From IMG/VR virus record IMGVR_UViG_3300028197_000002: 64,000 nucleotides of DNA; one strand, 5' to 3'. The first letter of the stretch is position 1; the number at the start of each line of letters is the position of its first letter. Below are positions 28,904 to 39,005 of this stretch, piece by piece. The stretch comes from a virus. Taxonomy: Duplodnaviria; Caudoviricetes. Below the pieces are notes generated by a model. It had not been told where the DNA came from and ran no database searches. It saw only the letters and a list, made by a program, of their open reading frames with translations. The translations under genes and the position numbers were made by a program.

Positions 28904-29549
28904 TCCTGAAGACTTTGAAAAAAGAATAAAAGAAGAAAGAACTCTAGAGGCAAATAAAAAAGGTATTATTGGACCAAGTGGAAAAATAGCCACCATATTA
29001 AGAAATCTTGGAGAGCCTATAGTAGGACAAACTGAAGATTCGATTTATGATTATAATTATGATTATGACATGAACAATCATAATTCAATTCATGAAGTAA
29101 CTAACTCCAAAGATTTAACAAAAAAAATACCCACAATGAACATGGATGAAGGAACAAGGCCCAATTCAGAAGAATCACTTCGCATTGATTCAATAGAATC
29201 TCTATACTCGGGCAACATGCCAGAAGAATTTAATTTTTCAACTAGGGAAATTGGATATTATTTTGAAGGCCTTAATAGAGGAATGCATTTAGAAATAAAA
29301 TACGATGAGTACACTTCTGAACTCATCGTAAATTATAAAGGCTATATTGTTTACAAAGAAGCAAAAGGGGATCTTTTAGCGTACTCCCCACAAGAAGAGT
29401 GGGAAGCGCATATAGAAAAGCTTTACAAAGAAGCAAAAAGAAAACAAATCAAAGGCAAAGAATCAGAATTTGAAAATTCTTTAAAAAATAATGAAAAACA
29501 GAAAGATAATTGGCTTCAAAAAATGAAAAGCAAATGGGGAATTACATAA
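28896..29549 (+). CDS. Hypothetical protein
   Basis: 217-aa ORF overlapping the mscL stop. Confidence 0.55.
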   Translation: MNSPEDFEKRIKEERTLEANKKGIIGPSGKIATILRNLGEPIVGQTEDSIYDYNYDYDMNNHNSIHEVTNSKDLTKKIPTMNMDEGTRPNSEESLRIDSIESLYSGNMPEEFNFSTREIGYYFEGLNRGMHLEIKYDEYTSELIVNYKGYIVYKEAKGDLLAYSPQEEWEAHIEKLYKEAKRKQIKGKESEFENSLKNNEKQKDNWLQKMKSKWGIT

Positions 29550-29916
29550 AAAATATGTAATAAATAAGAGCAACCGCTTGAATTCCAATTAACACAGTTA
29601 AGCCTAAACTAACTGGTGATATCTTTTTATCTTGTATTTTTTTCTCTATCATATCAACAATATTAGAATTTTCTGAAGCCATGCTAGTAACTTTATCGTC
29701 ACAGACCTTTTCAGTCACAGTATTAACAATCTCACCTGTGCTTTCATCAATTGTTTCAATTATTCTTTCACAAACACAATACTTTTCAGTCACTCGTTGT
29801 GCTAGTTTTTTCTCTAATTTAGGCTCAACAAAAATCTCTGTGACTTTGGTCTTGCCCTCATCTTTTTCTATTTTTTCTGCTTTTCGTCCATCATCAAATA
29901 CAATCTCTTCAGACAT
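29542..29916 (-). CDS. Hypothetical protein with C-terminal TM helix
   Basis: AGGAG RBS; hydrophobic tail LGLTVLIGIQAVALIYYIFFM. Confidence 0.55.
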   Translation of the reverse strand: MSEEIVFDDGRKAEKIEKDEGKTKVTEIFVEPKLEKKLAQRVTEKYCVCERIIETIDESTGEIVNTVTEKVCDDKVTSMASENSNIVDMIEKKIQDKKISPVSLGLTVLIGIQAVALIYYIFFM

Positions 29917-30039
29917 CGTTTCTCCTTTATGTTTGTCTTAATTATTGAAGATTTAATAAATATATATCAAAAGCAAATGAAAATATTTTTATAATCTTAT
30001 TACCATATATAGTATGTAGTTAATCAAACAGGAGAAAAA

Positions 30040-30912
30040 ATGACATTTTTTCAGAACCCATTCGCTGAAGACTTTGAAGGAAACTGGGTCTTAGCAGACA
30101 GAGCGCAAATACCAAAATTTGTAGTAGGATGCAATAAAGGAAGAGGTCAAGAAGTTGTTTCTTCTTTTGCCACATTTCCAGTAGATCTATCTGGAAATGA
30201 TTCAGCAGGAGCGACTTCTGCGACTTTAAGCATTTCATTTTCAATGAACAATGCAAATAGCTGGGTAGATCTAGCTATTGACGTAACAGCAACAGCTTCT
30301 AGTTCAGCAGCAGTAACGGCACAAGAAGTCGCTAGTGCATTGCGAGCTAATGGTACTTTTAGTTCATACTTCACAGTAGCAGTTGAAACCTCTACGCAGT
30401 TTCCAGAAGGCAATGTTAAGATAACCCAAAATAAACAAATAACTCAATTTAAATTTTACATTAAAAATGGACAAGCGGAAGAGAGCGTCTTGTTTAATTT
30501 TAAAGGAGGAGTTACTGAAATTCCTTCTTACTTTGACAGACATACAATAGCAAATATTCTTAATTTTGAAGATTGTGTCGGAATGCTAATAGCCTTAGAT
30601 CCATCTGATGCTGTTGATGCTGCCGTAATTAACAATGCAGTTGACTTTAGAGGTAATTCTTTAGGCTTAGACTCGACAGCAGTAAAAGAAGATTACGAGT
30701 TGCTTGAGGGAAGATCTGGATTGTTTATGTTTCAAAAATCCACTGTTGATGGAAGTGGAAGAGTAACAGAAATGATTGAATATCAAGCTGGTGCCGCAGT
30801 AGGAAATATGGCCAAAAAGACAAAGTACACATACACAGGGTCAAACACTGCTCCTGATCAAATGACTCAGGAGCCTTACGTTTTAACTTCGGTCGATCTT
30901 GTTACTCCTTAA
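30040..30912 (+). CDS. Probable virion structural protein
   Basis: AGGAG RBS, upstream TATATA, A/S/T-rich composition, own terminator. Confidence 0.5.
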   Translation: MTFFQNPFAEDFEGNWVLADRAQIPKFVVGCNKGRGQEVVSSFATFPVDLSGNDSAGATSATLSISFSMNNANSWVDLAIDVTATASSSAAVTAQEVASALRANGTFSSYFTVAVETSTQFPEGNVKITQNKQITQFKFYIKNGQAEESVLFNFKGGVTEIPSYFDRHTIANILNFEDCVGMLIALDPSDAVDAAVINNAVDFRGNSLGLDSTAVKEDYELLEGRSGLFMFQKSTVDGSGRVTEMIEYQAGAAVGNMAKKTKYTYTGSNTAPDQMTQEPYVLTSVDLVTP

Positions 30913-30927
30913 TTTTTTATAATAAAT

Positions 30928-30965
30928 AAAAAACCCACTTGAGCATGTGTTCAAGTGGGTTTTTT
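30928..30965. terminator. Bidirectional intrinsic terminator
   Basis: aaaaacccacttga-loop-tcaagtgggttttt between convergent genes. Confidence 0.85.
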
Positions 30966-30984
30966 GATTGGGTTGCAGATGGAA

Positions 30985-31266
30985 CTAAGCCCCACTTGTC
31001 AAATAATCTGTTATAGATTGTTTTGTGAGACTTGCCTTCTTAGTACGAGGATTTGTTGTGATTCCACATTTTTTAAATGACTGAATCTTCGCACGACCTA
31101 AAGTGGTAGTGACATCATTTCCTCTTCTGAGGACATATCCTGTCACTACCTTCGGAGTGTTAGATACAACAGCAATAGTTGTTCTAATTGGCTTCGAATG
31201 ACTTCCCTTGTAGTAGAACTTCCAGATAGGAAGATTTCTAACTAAACTAACGCTACTCTTAGGCAT
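30985..31266 (-). CDS. Small basic hypothetical protein
   Basis: 93 aa, K/R-rich, AGGAG RBS. Confidence 0.55.
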   Translation of the reverse strand: MPKSSVSLVRNLPIWKFYYKGSHSKPIRTTIAVVSNTPKVVTGYVLRRGNDVTTTLGRAKIQSFKKCGITTNPRTKKASLTKQSITDYLTSGA

Positions 31267-31335
31267 TTTTTTTCTCCTTTTGTAATACCCTTGACAACTA
31301 AATAATCATACATTAAACACAAATTCAAATCAATA

Positions 31336-31803
31336 TTAAACATTAGAAAGCATCATTCTAATGTGATCTGCGTCTTTTCTGCTATCGAGTATCTGATCTT
31401 CTAAGAAAAGTTCTATGTATTTTCCATCAATAGCATCTTCGCCACCATTCTCTTGTAATTTACAAGCCTGTTCAATCCTTGCAACATAATTTGAAACAAC
31501 GTCATCTTCCATTTTTAAAGCTGCTTTTAAGATTTTAGAGCAATCACTTAAATTATTATTAAAAGGAGCAATTTCAGTAAAGACTTTGAAATCTAAATTT
31601 CTTCTTTCAATTAGCCCATGCAAAAGCCTTTTGAAGGCTTCAACATGACCCATTTCGTCTTTAGATTGCTCTAGCAAAAATTCGCCAATTTCTTCTCTAT
31701 GAAATCCTTTAATAGAAGTAGCTGCTTGAAGATAAAAATTCCAATGGCTATATTCTCTTGAAAGATCTTTTAGTAGAAGTTCAACTATTTCATTAATGTC
31801 CAT
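31336..31803 (-). CDS. Ferritin/bacterioferritin-like protein
   Basis: Four-helix ligands: REY, DEMGH, MEDDVV..Y, EDQ..D..H. Confidence 0.75.
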   Translation of the reverse strand: MDINEIVELLLKDLSREYSHWNFYLQAATSIKGFHREEIGEFLLEQSKDEMGHVEAFKRLLHGLIERRNLDFKVFTEIAPFNNNLSDCSKILKAALKMEDDVVSNYVARIEQACKLQENGGEDAIDGKYIELFLEDQILDSRKDADHIRMMLSNV

Positions 31804-32081
31804 TAATTTTCTCCAAAAAGAGGTTCTTTGAATTCATCGAACCCAACAACAACTAAATTACCTGATAAGAAATTTTTTAACAGAATGTTTCCCACATTAA
31901 GACTTGTAGCCCAATCGGTCATTTTAACCATATCTTCTGTTTTTATAATTCCTTGCTCAATGCATTTTAAGATTATATCTCTCAATTGCTTTTGAGAAAT
32001 AGCAACATATTTTTGCTCATCTTCATTCCAATGTAGATCATCAGCCGGAATTATTTTATTTATAATTTCTTTTTGACTCAT
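31803..32081 (-). CDS. Hypothetical protein
   Basis: Coupled to the ferritin-like gene. Confidence 0.5.
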   Translation of the reverse strand: MSQKEIINKIIPADDLHWNEDEQKYVAISQKQLRDIILKCIEQGIIKTEDMVKMTDWATSLNVGNILLKNFLSGNLVVVGFDEFKEPLFGEN

Positions 32082-32118
32082 TCAAACATTATATTGTAAT
32101 TAAATATTAAATCAACAT

Positions 32119-33237
32119 TTAATGTTCATGATAATGTTCAAAAGACATGTCAGAATGCCCATGATCATGTTTTAATGGAAGCTTTTTAAAAGAACTTAAA
32201 TTAAATTCAGGAGGATTTTCTTCTTGGGCAATGTTAAAACATAGCTCAAATGCATATTTAGCTACCATTTCCAAACCTTTATAATTAAGTCTTTCTGGAT
32301 CATCTTCTGGCGTATGGTAGTACTTGTTCCCTCCTGTGTGAAGGAAGGCAACGGGAATTTTTTTATTATAAAAACATGCATGGTCAGATCCACCGCCACC
32401 CCGCGCAGTTATTTTTTTTGCAAATTTATATTTCTCATTTAATTTTTCAATATTATTTGTAATATCAACAGAACTATTCGCATTTAAAAAAGAAGCTTGA
32501 TAATATCCTTGATTTAAAAAACCAACCATATCCATGTTTATCATTGCGACATGCTTTTTTATATCTGGGTTCGCTTGAGGAAATTTAGGATTTTCAACAT
32601 AGTGTTTAGACCCAAGCAATCCCATTTCTTCGCCACTATAAGCTTGAAAAACAACCGTTCTTTTAAGCTTAAGTTTGCTCATAGCTTCCGCTATTTCTAA
32701 TAGCGCAGAGGTTCCAGATGCATTGTCATCAGCTCCATTATGTATTGCTATTCTTTTTGAACGACTCATTTTAGGTCCATATCCAATATGATCCATATGG
32801 GCGCCTATAACTATAATTTCATTTTTCAAAACAGGATCCTGACCTTCAATCCAAGCATAGATGTTTTGTGTAAAATTGTCTCCCTTTTCATCTTTAGGAC
32901 CCAAATTGACTCTTGAAATTTTAAATTTATCATACATGGTGGGCAATCCATAACTTTCAAATTCAGATTTTATGTATTCGGCGGCTTTTACATTGCCTTT
33001 TTTTCCGCTCATTCTACCTTCTAAATCATCTGATGCTAAAAAATACACATGTTCCTTGCATTCCTTTTCAGTGATCGTTTCAACTCCTTTTTTATCAGGC
33101 TTTGATGGCTCTTTGATATTTTGATTTTGGCTTTGATTTAAATTATTTAAATTTTCTTTACTCTTATAAACATAGAAAAATGCTAAAAATAAAATAAACA
33201 CAATATAGACTAAAACTAAATTACTTTTTATTTTCAT
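32119..33237 (-). CDS. M28 family zinc aminopeptidase with N-terminal TM anchor
   Basis: IGAHMDH, GADDNASG, SGEEMGLLGS, INMDMVG, SDH, YYHTPED. Confidence 0.92.
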   Translation of the reverse strand: MKIKSNLVLVYIVFILFLAFFYVYKSKENLNNLNQSQNQNIKEPSKPDKKGVETITEKECKEHVYFLASDDLEGRMSGKKGNVKAAEYIKSEFESYGLPTMYDKFKISRVNLGPKDEKGDNFTQNIYAWIEGQDPVLKNEIIVIGAHMDHIGYGPKMSRSKRIAIHNGADDNASGTSALLEIAEAMSKLKLKRTVVFQAYSGEEMGLLGSKHYVENPKFPQANPDIKKHVAMINMDMVGFLNQGYYQASFLNANSSVDITNNIEKLNEKYKFAKKITARGGGGSDHACFYNKKIPVAFLHTGGNKYYHTPEDDPERLNYKGLEMVAKYAFELCFNIAQEENPPEFNLSSFKKLPLKHDHGHSDMSFEHYHEH

Positions 33238-33421
33238 TAGATTCTTTTTCCTTTTGGTCTTTGTTTGTTGAATTTCTATTCCACCATTTTTTCAATAGCT
33301 TTTCTGTCCAAAAACCAACTACAGCTTGAAGCGCCCCTCCAGCTACTACTTGGAATATATTTATAGAAACTATTGTCTCAATGAATTTTTTTTCTTTTTC
33401 TTTTTCTTTTTCATTTTCCAT
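33221..33421 (-). CDS. Small membrane protein
   Basis: Single hydrophobic segment flanked by charged ends. Confidence 0.45.
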   Translation of the reverse strand: MENEKEKEKEKKFIETIVSINIFQVVAGGALQAVVGFWTEKLLKKWWNRNSTNKDQKEKESNENKK

Positions 33422-33442
33422 TGTAATTATATATATTTTAAT

Positions 33443-35260
33443 ATGAAAGAATCTTTACCTAATAATTTGCCGAATAATCTGATTTATCCAAAAGAATCTT
33501 TTGAGGATTTTTACTTTAGGTTCAAAACACCTAGGGAAATGATTACTCATGATGACTGGAAAGAAATATATGCCAATTTTTATAATTTAGAAAATTGTGA
33601 ATTAGACATCCCAATAGGAGAAACTACCAATGATTTAAATTCTTTCTCCGCTGAGGAACAAATACAAGAAGTAATAAAATGTGCAAAAAACTTTTTTTAT
33701 TTTTGTCATAGGTATGTAAAAATTCTTCATCCAAAATTCGGAACAATTCCTTTTATTCCTTACAAGTATCAAAGAAGAACCATTAACTGTTTTGACAATC
33801 ATAGATTCAACATGATTTCTAAATTCCGACAAGGAGGTTTAACTACGGTAACTGTTTTATGGTGCTTGTGGAAATGCATGTATCAAAAAGATCAACAAAT
33901 ATTTGTTCTTTCTAAAACAGATAGAGAAGCTCTTGCTGCTGGAGAGATTGCAAAAAGAGCAATGGATAATTTCCCTTATTGGATGTACGACTCTAGTAAA
34001 GCTGATCTTACAAAACATGAAAAAAAATTCGATGACCTAGGATCTAAGATATGTTTCTATACTCCTGAAGCAGCTCGTGGTAAATCTGCCACATACATTG
34101 TTATTGATGAAGCGGCATTTATAGAAAAAATGGAAGACCATTGGAAATCAATGTACCCAGTTATTGCTACTGGTGGACACATAGAAATAATTTCTACTGT
34201 TAATGGCTTAGGAAACTGGTATGAAGAAACTTATCATGAAGCAGAAGCAGGAAGAAATTTTTTCAATATAATTGATTTAGATTATTGGGAACATCCAACT
34301 TATGCAAATCCTTCATGGGCAAAAGAAATGAAAGCCAACTTAGGAGAAAAAGGTTGGCAACAAGAAGTTTTAAGAAGCTTTTTAGGATCAGGTGAAACTT
34401 ACATTAGTCCAGAGGCAGTTTCCAAATTAGACCAGTTAACAAAATACAACAATCCTTTGAGATCAACTTTTGAAAAATGGACTAACGAAGATCAAATTAA
34501 AAATGATGAAGTAGATGGAGCTTTGTGGATTTGGAAAGAACCTGTCGATGGCAATGAATACATAATAGGAGCAGACTGTGCTGAAGGCGTAGGATCAGAA
34601 GGAGACAACTCCTGTTTCCAAATAATTGACGCTATAAATTTAGAACAAGTTGCAGAATTTTACAGCAACTTAGTTCCACCTAATATGTTTGCTCAGATAT
34701 TAAATCAAATAGGCGTTTATTATAACTCTGCTACGGTGATAATTGAAAACAATTCGATTGGAGGGGCAGTGTTAAATTCGTTGTGTAATGATTTGGCATA
34801 TGAATCTATTTTTTATGAATACAAAAAAACTACTGCTGGGAAGCCCGGGATTAAAGTAACTTCTGCCAACCGGTCTATAATATTGGAAACATTACAACAT
34901 AAAATAATGCAAGGAAGTATAAAAATAAATAGCAAAAGATTTGTCAATGAATTAAAAACTTTTATTTTCAATGCTCAAAGAAAAAGAGCAGAAGCAGTCA
35001 AAGGCAAGCATGACGATGCAGTAATGGCTTTGTGTTTTGCTTTATACGCAAGAGATGAAAGAATGAGAGGCTTACCTGTCGGAGGGGAAACAGAAGGGGT
35101 TATAACTATTGGTGGAGGTTCCTTAGAAGAAATAAAAAATGAGATACTAGAGGGTGGAGTTGAGGGCTGGTCTTTTAACAAAGATGAAAAACCAAAAAGC
35201 AACTTTGACCTTGATTTCAAAAGACCTAAAGATGACGTATTAAAGGAGTTCGGATGGTAA
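33443..35260 (+). CDS. terL: Terminase large subunit (T4 gp17-like)
   Basis: KFRQGGLTT Walker A, VIDEAAF Walker B, ISTVNG, GADCAEG, ENNSIG, HDDAVMA. ATG at 33443 preferred because the listed start overlaps the divergent gene. Confidence 0.95.
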   Translation: MKESLPNNLPNNLIYPKESFEDFYFRFKTPREMITHDDWKEIYANFYNLENCELDIPIGETTNDLNSFSAEEQIQEVIKCAKNFFYFCHRYVKILHPKFGTIPFIPYKYQRRTINCFDNHRFNMISKFRQGGLTTVTVLWCLWKCMYQKDQQIFVLSKTDREALAAGEIAKRAMDNFPYWMYDSSKADLTKHEKKFDDLGSKICFYTPEAARGKSATYIVIDEAAFIEKMEDHWKSMYPVIATGGHIEIISTVNGLGNWYEETYHEAEAGRNFFNIIDLDYWEHPTYANPSWAKEMKANLGEKGWQQEVLRSFLGSGETYISPEAVSKLDQLTKYNNPLRSTFEKWTNEDQIKNDEVDGALWIWKEPVDGNEYIIGADCAEGVGSEGDNSCFQIIDAINLEQVAEFYSNLVPPNMFAQILNQIGVYYNSATVIIENNSIGGAVLNSLCNDLAYESIFYEYKKTTAGKPGIKVTSANRSIILETLQHKIMQGSIKINSKRFVNELKTFIFNAQRKRAEAVKGKHDDAVMALCFALYARDERMRGLPVGGETEGVITIGGGSLEEIKNEILEGGVEGWSFNKDEKPKSNFDLDFKRPKDDVLKEFGW

Positions 35261-35499
35261 ATAAAAAAGCAATAATTGAAATATTAGAAAGAATTCCGGT
35301 AAGTGCAAAAACTAGAAATTTAATATTTCATCTAAATGAAGCAATAAAAGAAATTGAAAAAAATGAAAATTTTAAAGAAGTAAAAAAGAAAACAAAAAAT
35401 GAAAATGAAAATAAAAATTTCCAGAATTTAACCAAAAGTAGTTATGACCAAATTATAAACACTATAGAAAATCTTGTAGAAGAAGAAAAACAAAGCTAA
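35254..35499 (+). CDS. Hypothetical protein
   Basis: Overlaps the terL stop. Confidence 0.5.
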   Translation: MVNKKAIIEILERIPVSAKTRNLIFHLNEAIKEIEKNENFKEVKKKTKNENENKNFQNLTKSSYDQIINTIENLVEEEKQS

Positions 35500-35773
35500 T
35501 CAAGTCAAAGTCTTATGTTCACAGGAGTTTTTGAAATTCATTTAGTTTTAAGCAAGTTTTTAATGAAAGTATTCGAAGTTTCAATTATCCAAAAAGCGAA
35601 AAATAATAAACGATGATGTGATAGTATTTTCATTCTAGAAAAAATTTTTTGTTAGTTTTCGAATGTAGTGAAAATGTTGTTTTTTGGTTGCAAAAGTTAT
35701 AAAAAGCAATATTTTTTAAAATATGAAAAGTATATAAAGGTAGAAGGATTCTATTAATTTTCAAGGAGGAAAA

Positions 35774-36124
35774 ATGGTAAACCCATTGCAAAGATTGCAG
35801 TTAGCTGAACAACAGCTTAAAAAACTTGAGGCATTGGAAACAGAATCAAATGGCTCAAATGAAATAAGCACAATAAATTCAATTAACTCAAACGTACAAA
35901 GTTTTTCAACTGGAGGCGAAGAGCTTGAGAGATTAGAAGAAATAACAGGGACAAATGATTTTCAATCTTTTGTTTTAGTTCCAGATGTCATTCCTAAAAG
36001 ATGGTGTCCAGAAGTAGTTCCAAAAGTCAATACTGATGCAGATGTCACAACAGTAGTATTTAATATTTTTTCTGACCCCTCTGAGCCTGAAGGCCTTTTA
36101 GTGGTTAATGGAGGTACGCCTTAA
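35774..36124 (+). CDS. Small tail-fibre-associated protein
   Basis: AAGGAGG RBS; ends VNGGTP like the downstream fibre (IDGGTP). Confidence 0.5.
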   Translation: MVNPLQRLQLAEQQLKKLEALETESNGSNEISTINSINSNVQSFSTGGEELERLEEITGTNDFQSFVLVPDVIPKRWCPEVVPKVNTDADVTTVVFNIFSDPSEPEGLLVVNGGTP

Positions 36125-36157
36125 AAATAAATAAATAAATAAATAGGAGTTCATAAA

Positions 36158-38581
36158 ATGCCTGTAGAAACACTGATTAAAATTAGAAGAGGCAGCGACA
36201 CCTCTTGGACTACTGCAAATCCAACTTTGGCACTTGGAGAACCAGGGTTTAATACAACTAGTAATAGAATTAGAGTTGGAGATGGAACCCTAGCTTGGAG
36301 TGCTTTAGATTATATCGGAAGCGATAAAGCCGATACTAGCGTAGTAACCGAAATTGATGGTAACGTTGATGATCTTATCACTTTAAGTGGTGTTGTTGAA
36401 AATTCCACTGATCTTGGAACATTTACTGGCACTACAATTGCCGACAACGAAACAGTAAAAGGTGCTCTTCAAGATCTTGAAACAGCACTTGATACAAAAG
36501 CCAGTATTTCTGTAGTAACTGAAATTGATGGTAACGTTGATGATCTTATCACTTTAAGTGGTGTTGCTGAAAACGCTACTGATCTTGGAACATTCACTGG
36601 CACTACGATTACTGATGACGAAACAGTAAAAGGTGCTTTGCAAGAACTTGAAACTTACATAGAAACTATAGCTGGTGGCGGTTCTGCGGCTACAACTATA
36701 GCAACTCAATCAGACTCTACAGACGCAACTTTTTACCTTACATTTGTAGCCGATAATAATGTCGGAGCTACGCAGGAATCAGTTAAAACTGATGCGGGTG
36801 TTTCCTATAACCCCAACACAAACACTTTTACAGCTACTAACATCACTACTAGCAGCCTTTCCCTTGGTTCGACTGCAGTTACTTCTACAGCAACTGAACT
36901 AAATGTTCTTGATGGTATTCCAGCAACATTGACCGCAACTGAACTGGGTCATGTTGATGGTGTAACCTCCAGCATTCAAACTCAGTTGGATGCCAAAGCT
37001 GCTAGCTCTGTAGTTGCCAACCTTGTCACTTTAAGTGGCGTTGCTGAAAACGCTACTAATCTTGGAGCATTCACTGGCAATACAATTGCCGACAACGAAA
37101 CAGTAAAAGGTGCACTACAGGATCTTGAAACAGAAGTTGAAACTAAAGCTGCTAGCTCTGTAGTAACCGAAATTGATGGCAACGTTGATGATCTTATCAC
37201 TTTAAGTGGTGTTGCTGAAAACGCTACTAATCTTGGAACATTCACTGGCACTACAATTGCTGACAACGAAACAGTAAAAGGTGCTTTGCAAGATATTGAA
37301 ACTTACATAGAAGCTATAGATGGTGGCACTATTGTTGACAACCTTGTTACTTTAAGTGGTGTTGCTGAAAACGCTACTGATCTTGGAACATTCACTGGCA
37401 CTACAATTTCCGACAACGAAACAGTAAAAGGTGCTCTTCAAGATCTTGAAACAGCAGTTGAAACTAAAGCTAATAGCACTGTAGTAACTGAAATTGATGG
37501 TAACGTTGATGATCTTATCACTTTAAGTGGCGTTGCTGAAAATGCCACTGATCTTGGAACATTCACTGGCACTACAATTGCTGACAGCGAAACAGTAAAA
37601 GGTGCGCTACAGGATCTTGAAACAGCAGTTGAAACTAAAGCTACTCAAGTTGATCTAACCGAAATTGAAGAGAACGTTGATGATCTTATCACTTTAAGTG
37701 GTGTTGCTGAAAACGCTACTGATCTTGGAACATTCACTGGCACTACAATTGCTGACAGCGAAACAGTAAAAGGTGCGCTACAGGATCTTGAAACAGCAGT
37801 TGAAACTAATAGCTCTTTAACTGTCACTGGAGATGGTGGAACTGGAACTATTATTTTTGCTACTGAGAGTTTAAAAATAGCAGGCACAGCCAATGAGATA
37901 GAAACATCCATGGTAACCAACCAATTGCAAGTTGGGCTTCCTGCCTCAATCACAGTCACCGACAATATAACTGTGGGTGGATACATTGCAGGTCCTGCCA
38001 CATTCACAATTGATCCCGCTGCTGTTGGTAACGACACAGGTACAGTTGTTATTGCAGGCAACCTGATTGTTAACGGAACAACAACAACAATTAACTCAAC
38101 TACATTGACAGTTGATGATAAAAACATTGAACTAGGATCGGTTGCTAGTCCAACTGATGTTACTGCGAATGGCGGTGGTATAACACTAAGAGGAGCTACA
38201 GATAAGACTATCATATGGGGATTAGAGGGCGGCTCTTCAACCAGCTGGAATTCTAGTGAGAACTTCAATCTTGTAAGTGGAAAAGAGTATAAAATTGATG
38301 ACACAAGGGTTTTAAATTCAAATTCTCTTGGAAGTGGCGTTCTTAGTTCATCGCTAACAACCGTTGGTACAATTGGTACTGGAACATGGGAAGGAACAGC
38401 CGTTGGTGCTGCTTACGGTGGAACTGGACTTAGCTCATACACTGCTGGGGATCTCGTTTACGCTTCAGGTGCTACAACAATTTCTAAATTGGCCATTGGA
38501 AATGCAAATTACTTCTTGAAAGTCAATTCAGGCGGAACTGCTCCTGAGTGGTCAAATGAAATTGATGGCGGCACACCATAA
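36158..38581 (+). CDS. Tail fibre protein with 57-aa repeats
   Basis: N-terminal IKIRRG..WTTANPTLALGEPGF (Mtd/hyaluronidase-like head), seven LGTFTGTTIADNETVKGALQDLE repeats, GNLIVNGTTTTINST and YGGTG fibre motifs. Confidence 0.8.
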   Translation: MPVETLIKIRRGSDTSWTTANPTLALGEPGFNTTSNRIRVGDGTLAWSALDYIGSDKADTSVVTEIDGNVDDLITLSGVVENSTDLGTFTGTTIADNETVKGALQDLETALDTKASISVVTEIDGNVDDLITLSGVAENATDLGTFTGTTITDDETVKGALQELETYIETIAGGGSAATTIATQSDSTDATFYLTFVADNNVGATQESVKTDAGVSYNPNTNTFTATNITTSSLSLGSTAVTSTATELNVLDGIPATLTATELGHVDGVTSSIQTQLDAKAASSVVANLVTLSGVAENATNLGAFTGNTIADNETVKGALQDLETEVETKAASSVVTEIDGNVDDLITLSGVAENATNLGTFTGTTIADNETVKGALQDIETYIEAIDGGTIVDNLVTLSGVAENATDLGTFTGTTISDNETVKGALQDLETAVETKANSTVVTEIDGNVDDLITLSGVAENATDLGTFTGTTIADSETVKGALQDLETAVETKATQVDLTEIEENVDDLITLSGVAENATDLGTFTGTTIADSETVKGALQDLETAVETNSSLTVTGDGGTGTIIFATESLKIAGTANEIETSMVTNQLQVGLPASITVTDNITVGGYIAGPATFTIDPAAVGNDTGTVVIAGNLIVNGTTTTINSTTLTVDDKNIELGSVASPTDVTANGGGITLRGATDKTIIWGLEGGSSTSWNSSENFNLVSGKEYKIDDTRVLNSNSLGSGVLSSSLTTVGTIGTGTWEGTAVGAAYGGTGLSSYTAGDLVYASGATTISKLAIGNANYFLKVNSGGTAPEWSNEIDGGTP
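36341..37806 (+). repeat. 171-bp coding repeat, 2 + 5 copies (two partial)
   Basis: gtagtaac(c/t)gaaattgatgg starts at 36341 and 36512 (171 apart); second block from ~37010. Confidence 0.9.
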
Positions 38582-38613
38582 TTAATTTTTAAAATTTAAA
38601 ATAAATAAATATA

Positions 38614-38649
38614 AATAAGCATAGGCAAAAGTCTATGCTTATTTTTTTT
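38614..38649 (+). terminator. Intrinsic terminator
   Basis: aataagcataggc-aaaa-gtctatgcttatt followed by a T-run. Confidence 0.8.
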
Positions 38650-38660
38650 AAGGAGTAAAA

Positions 38661-39005
38661 ATGATATACGAAGCTGAAGGAAAAATAGAAATATTTGGAT
38701 GCGCAAAGGTTACTGTAGAGTTCGATTATCAAGTCGATTATGCAGTAGGACAAAGAGTTTACATAAAACAAAAAGCAAAAACAGAAGGAATCTTAGCTTC
38801 GATAGTAATAAAAGAAACAACAAGAAACGAATATACAGACTTTTCAGGATATGTGGTTGGCTATGTGGATACTTTTAATCGTTTTTGGCTAGAAGAAGAA
38901 CTAGTTGCATTAGCAATCGCTGCTGACCTTGCGAAGCTTTATTGGGCACAAGTTAAGGATGAAGCAGAGCAGCTTATGAAGACTGGCTGTTTCAGTTTTG
39001 ACTAA
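38661..39005 (+). CDS. Hypothetical protein
   Basis: AAGGAG RBS. Confidence 0.55.
   Translation: MIYEAEGKIEIFGCAKVTVEFDYQVDYAVGQRVYIKQKAKTEGILASIVIKETTRNEYTDFSGYVVGYVDTFNRFWLEEELVALAIAADLAKLYWAQVKDEAEQLMKTGCFSFD

Noticed and set aside
33326-33442. N-terminal extension of terminase in the ORF track
   Set aside because: Poly-Phe antisense of the divergent gene's EKEKEK start; the real start is likely 33443.
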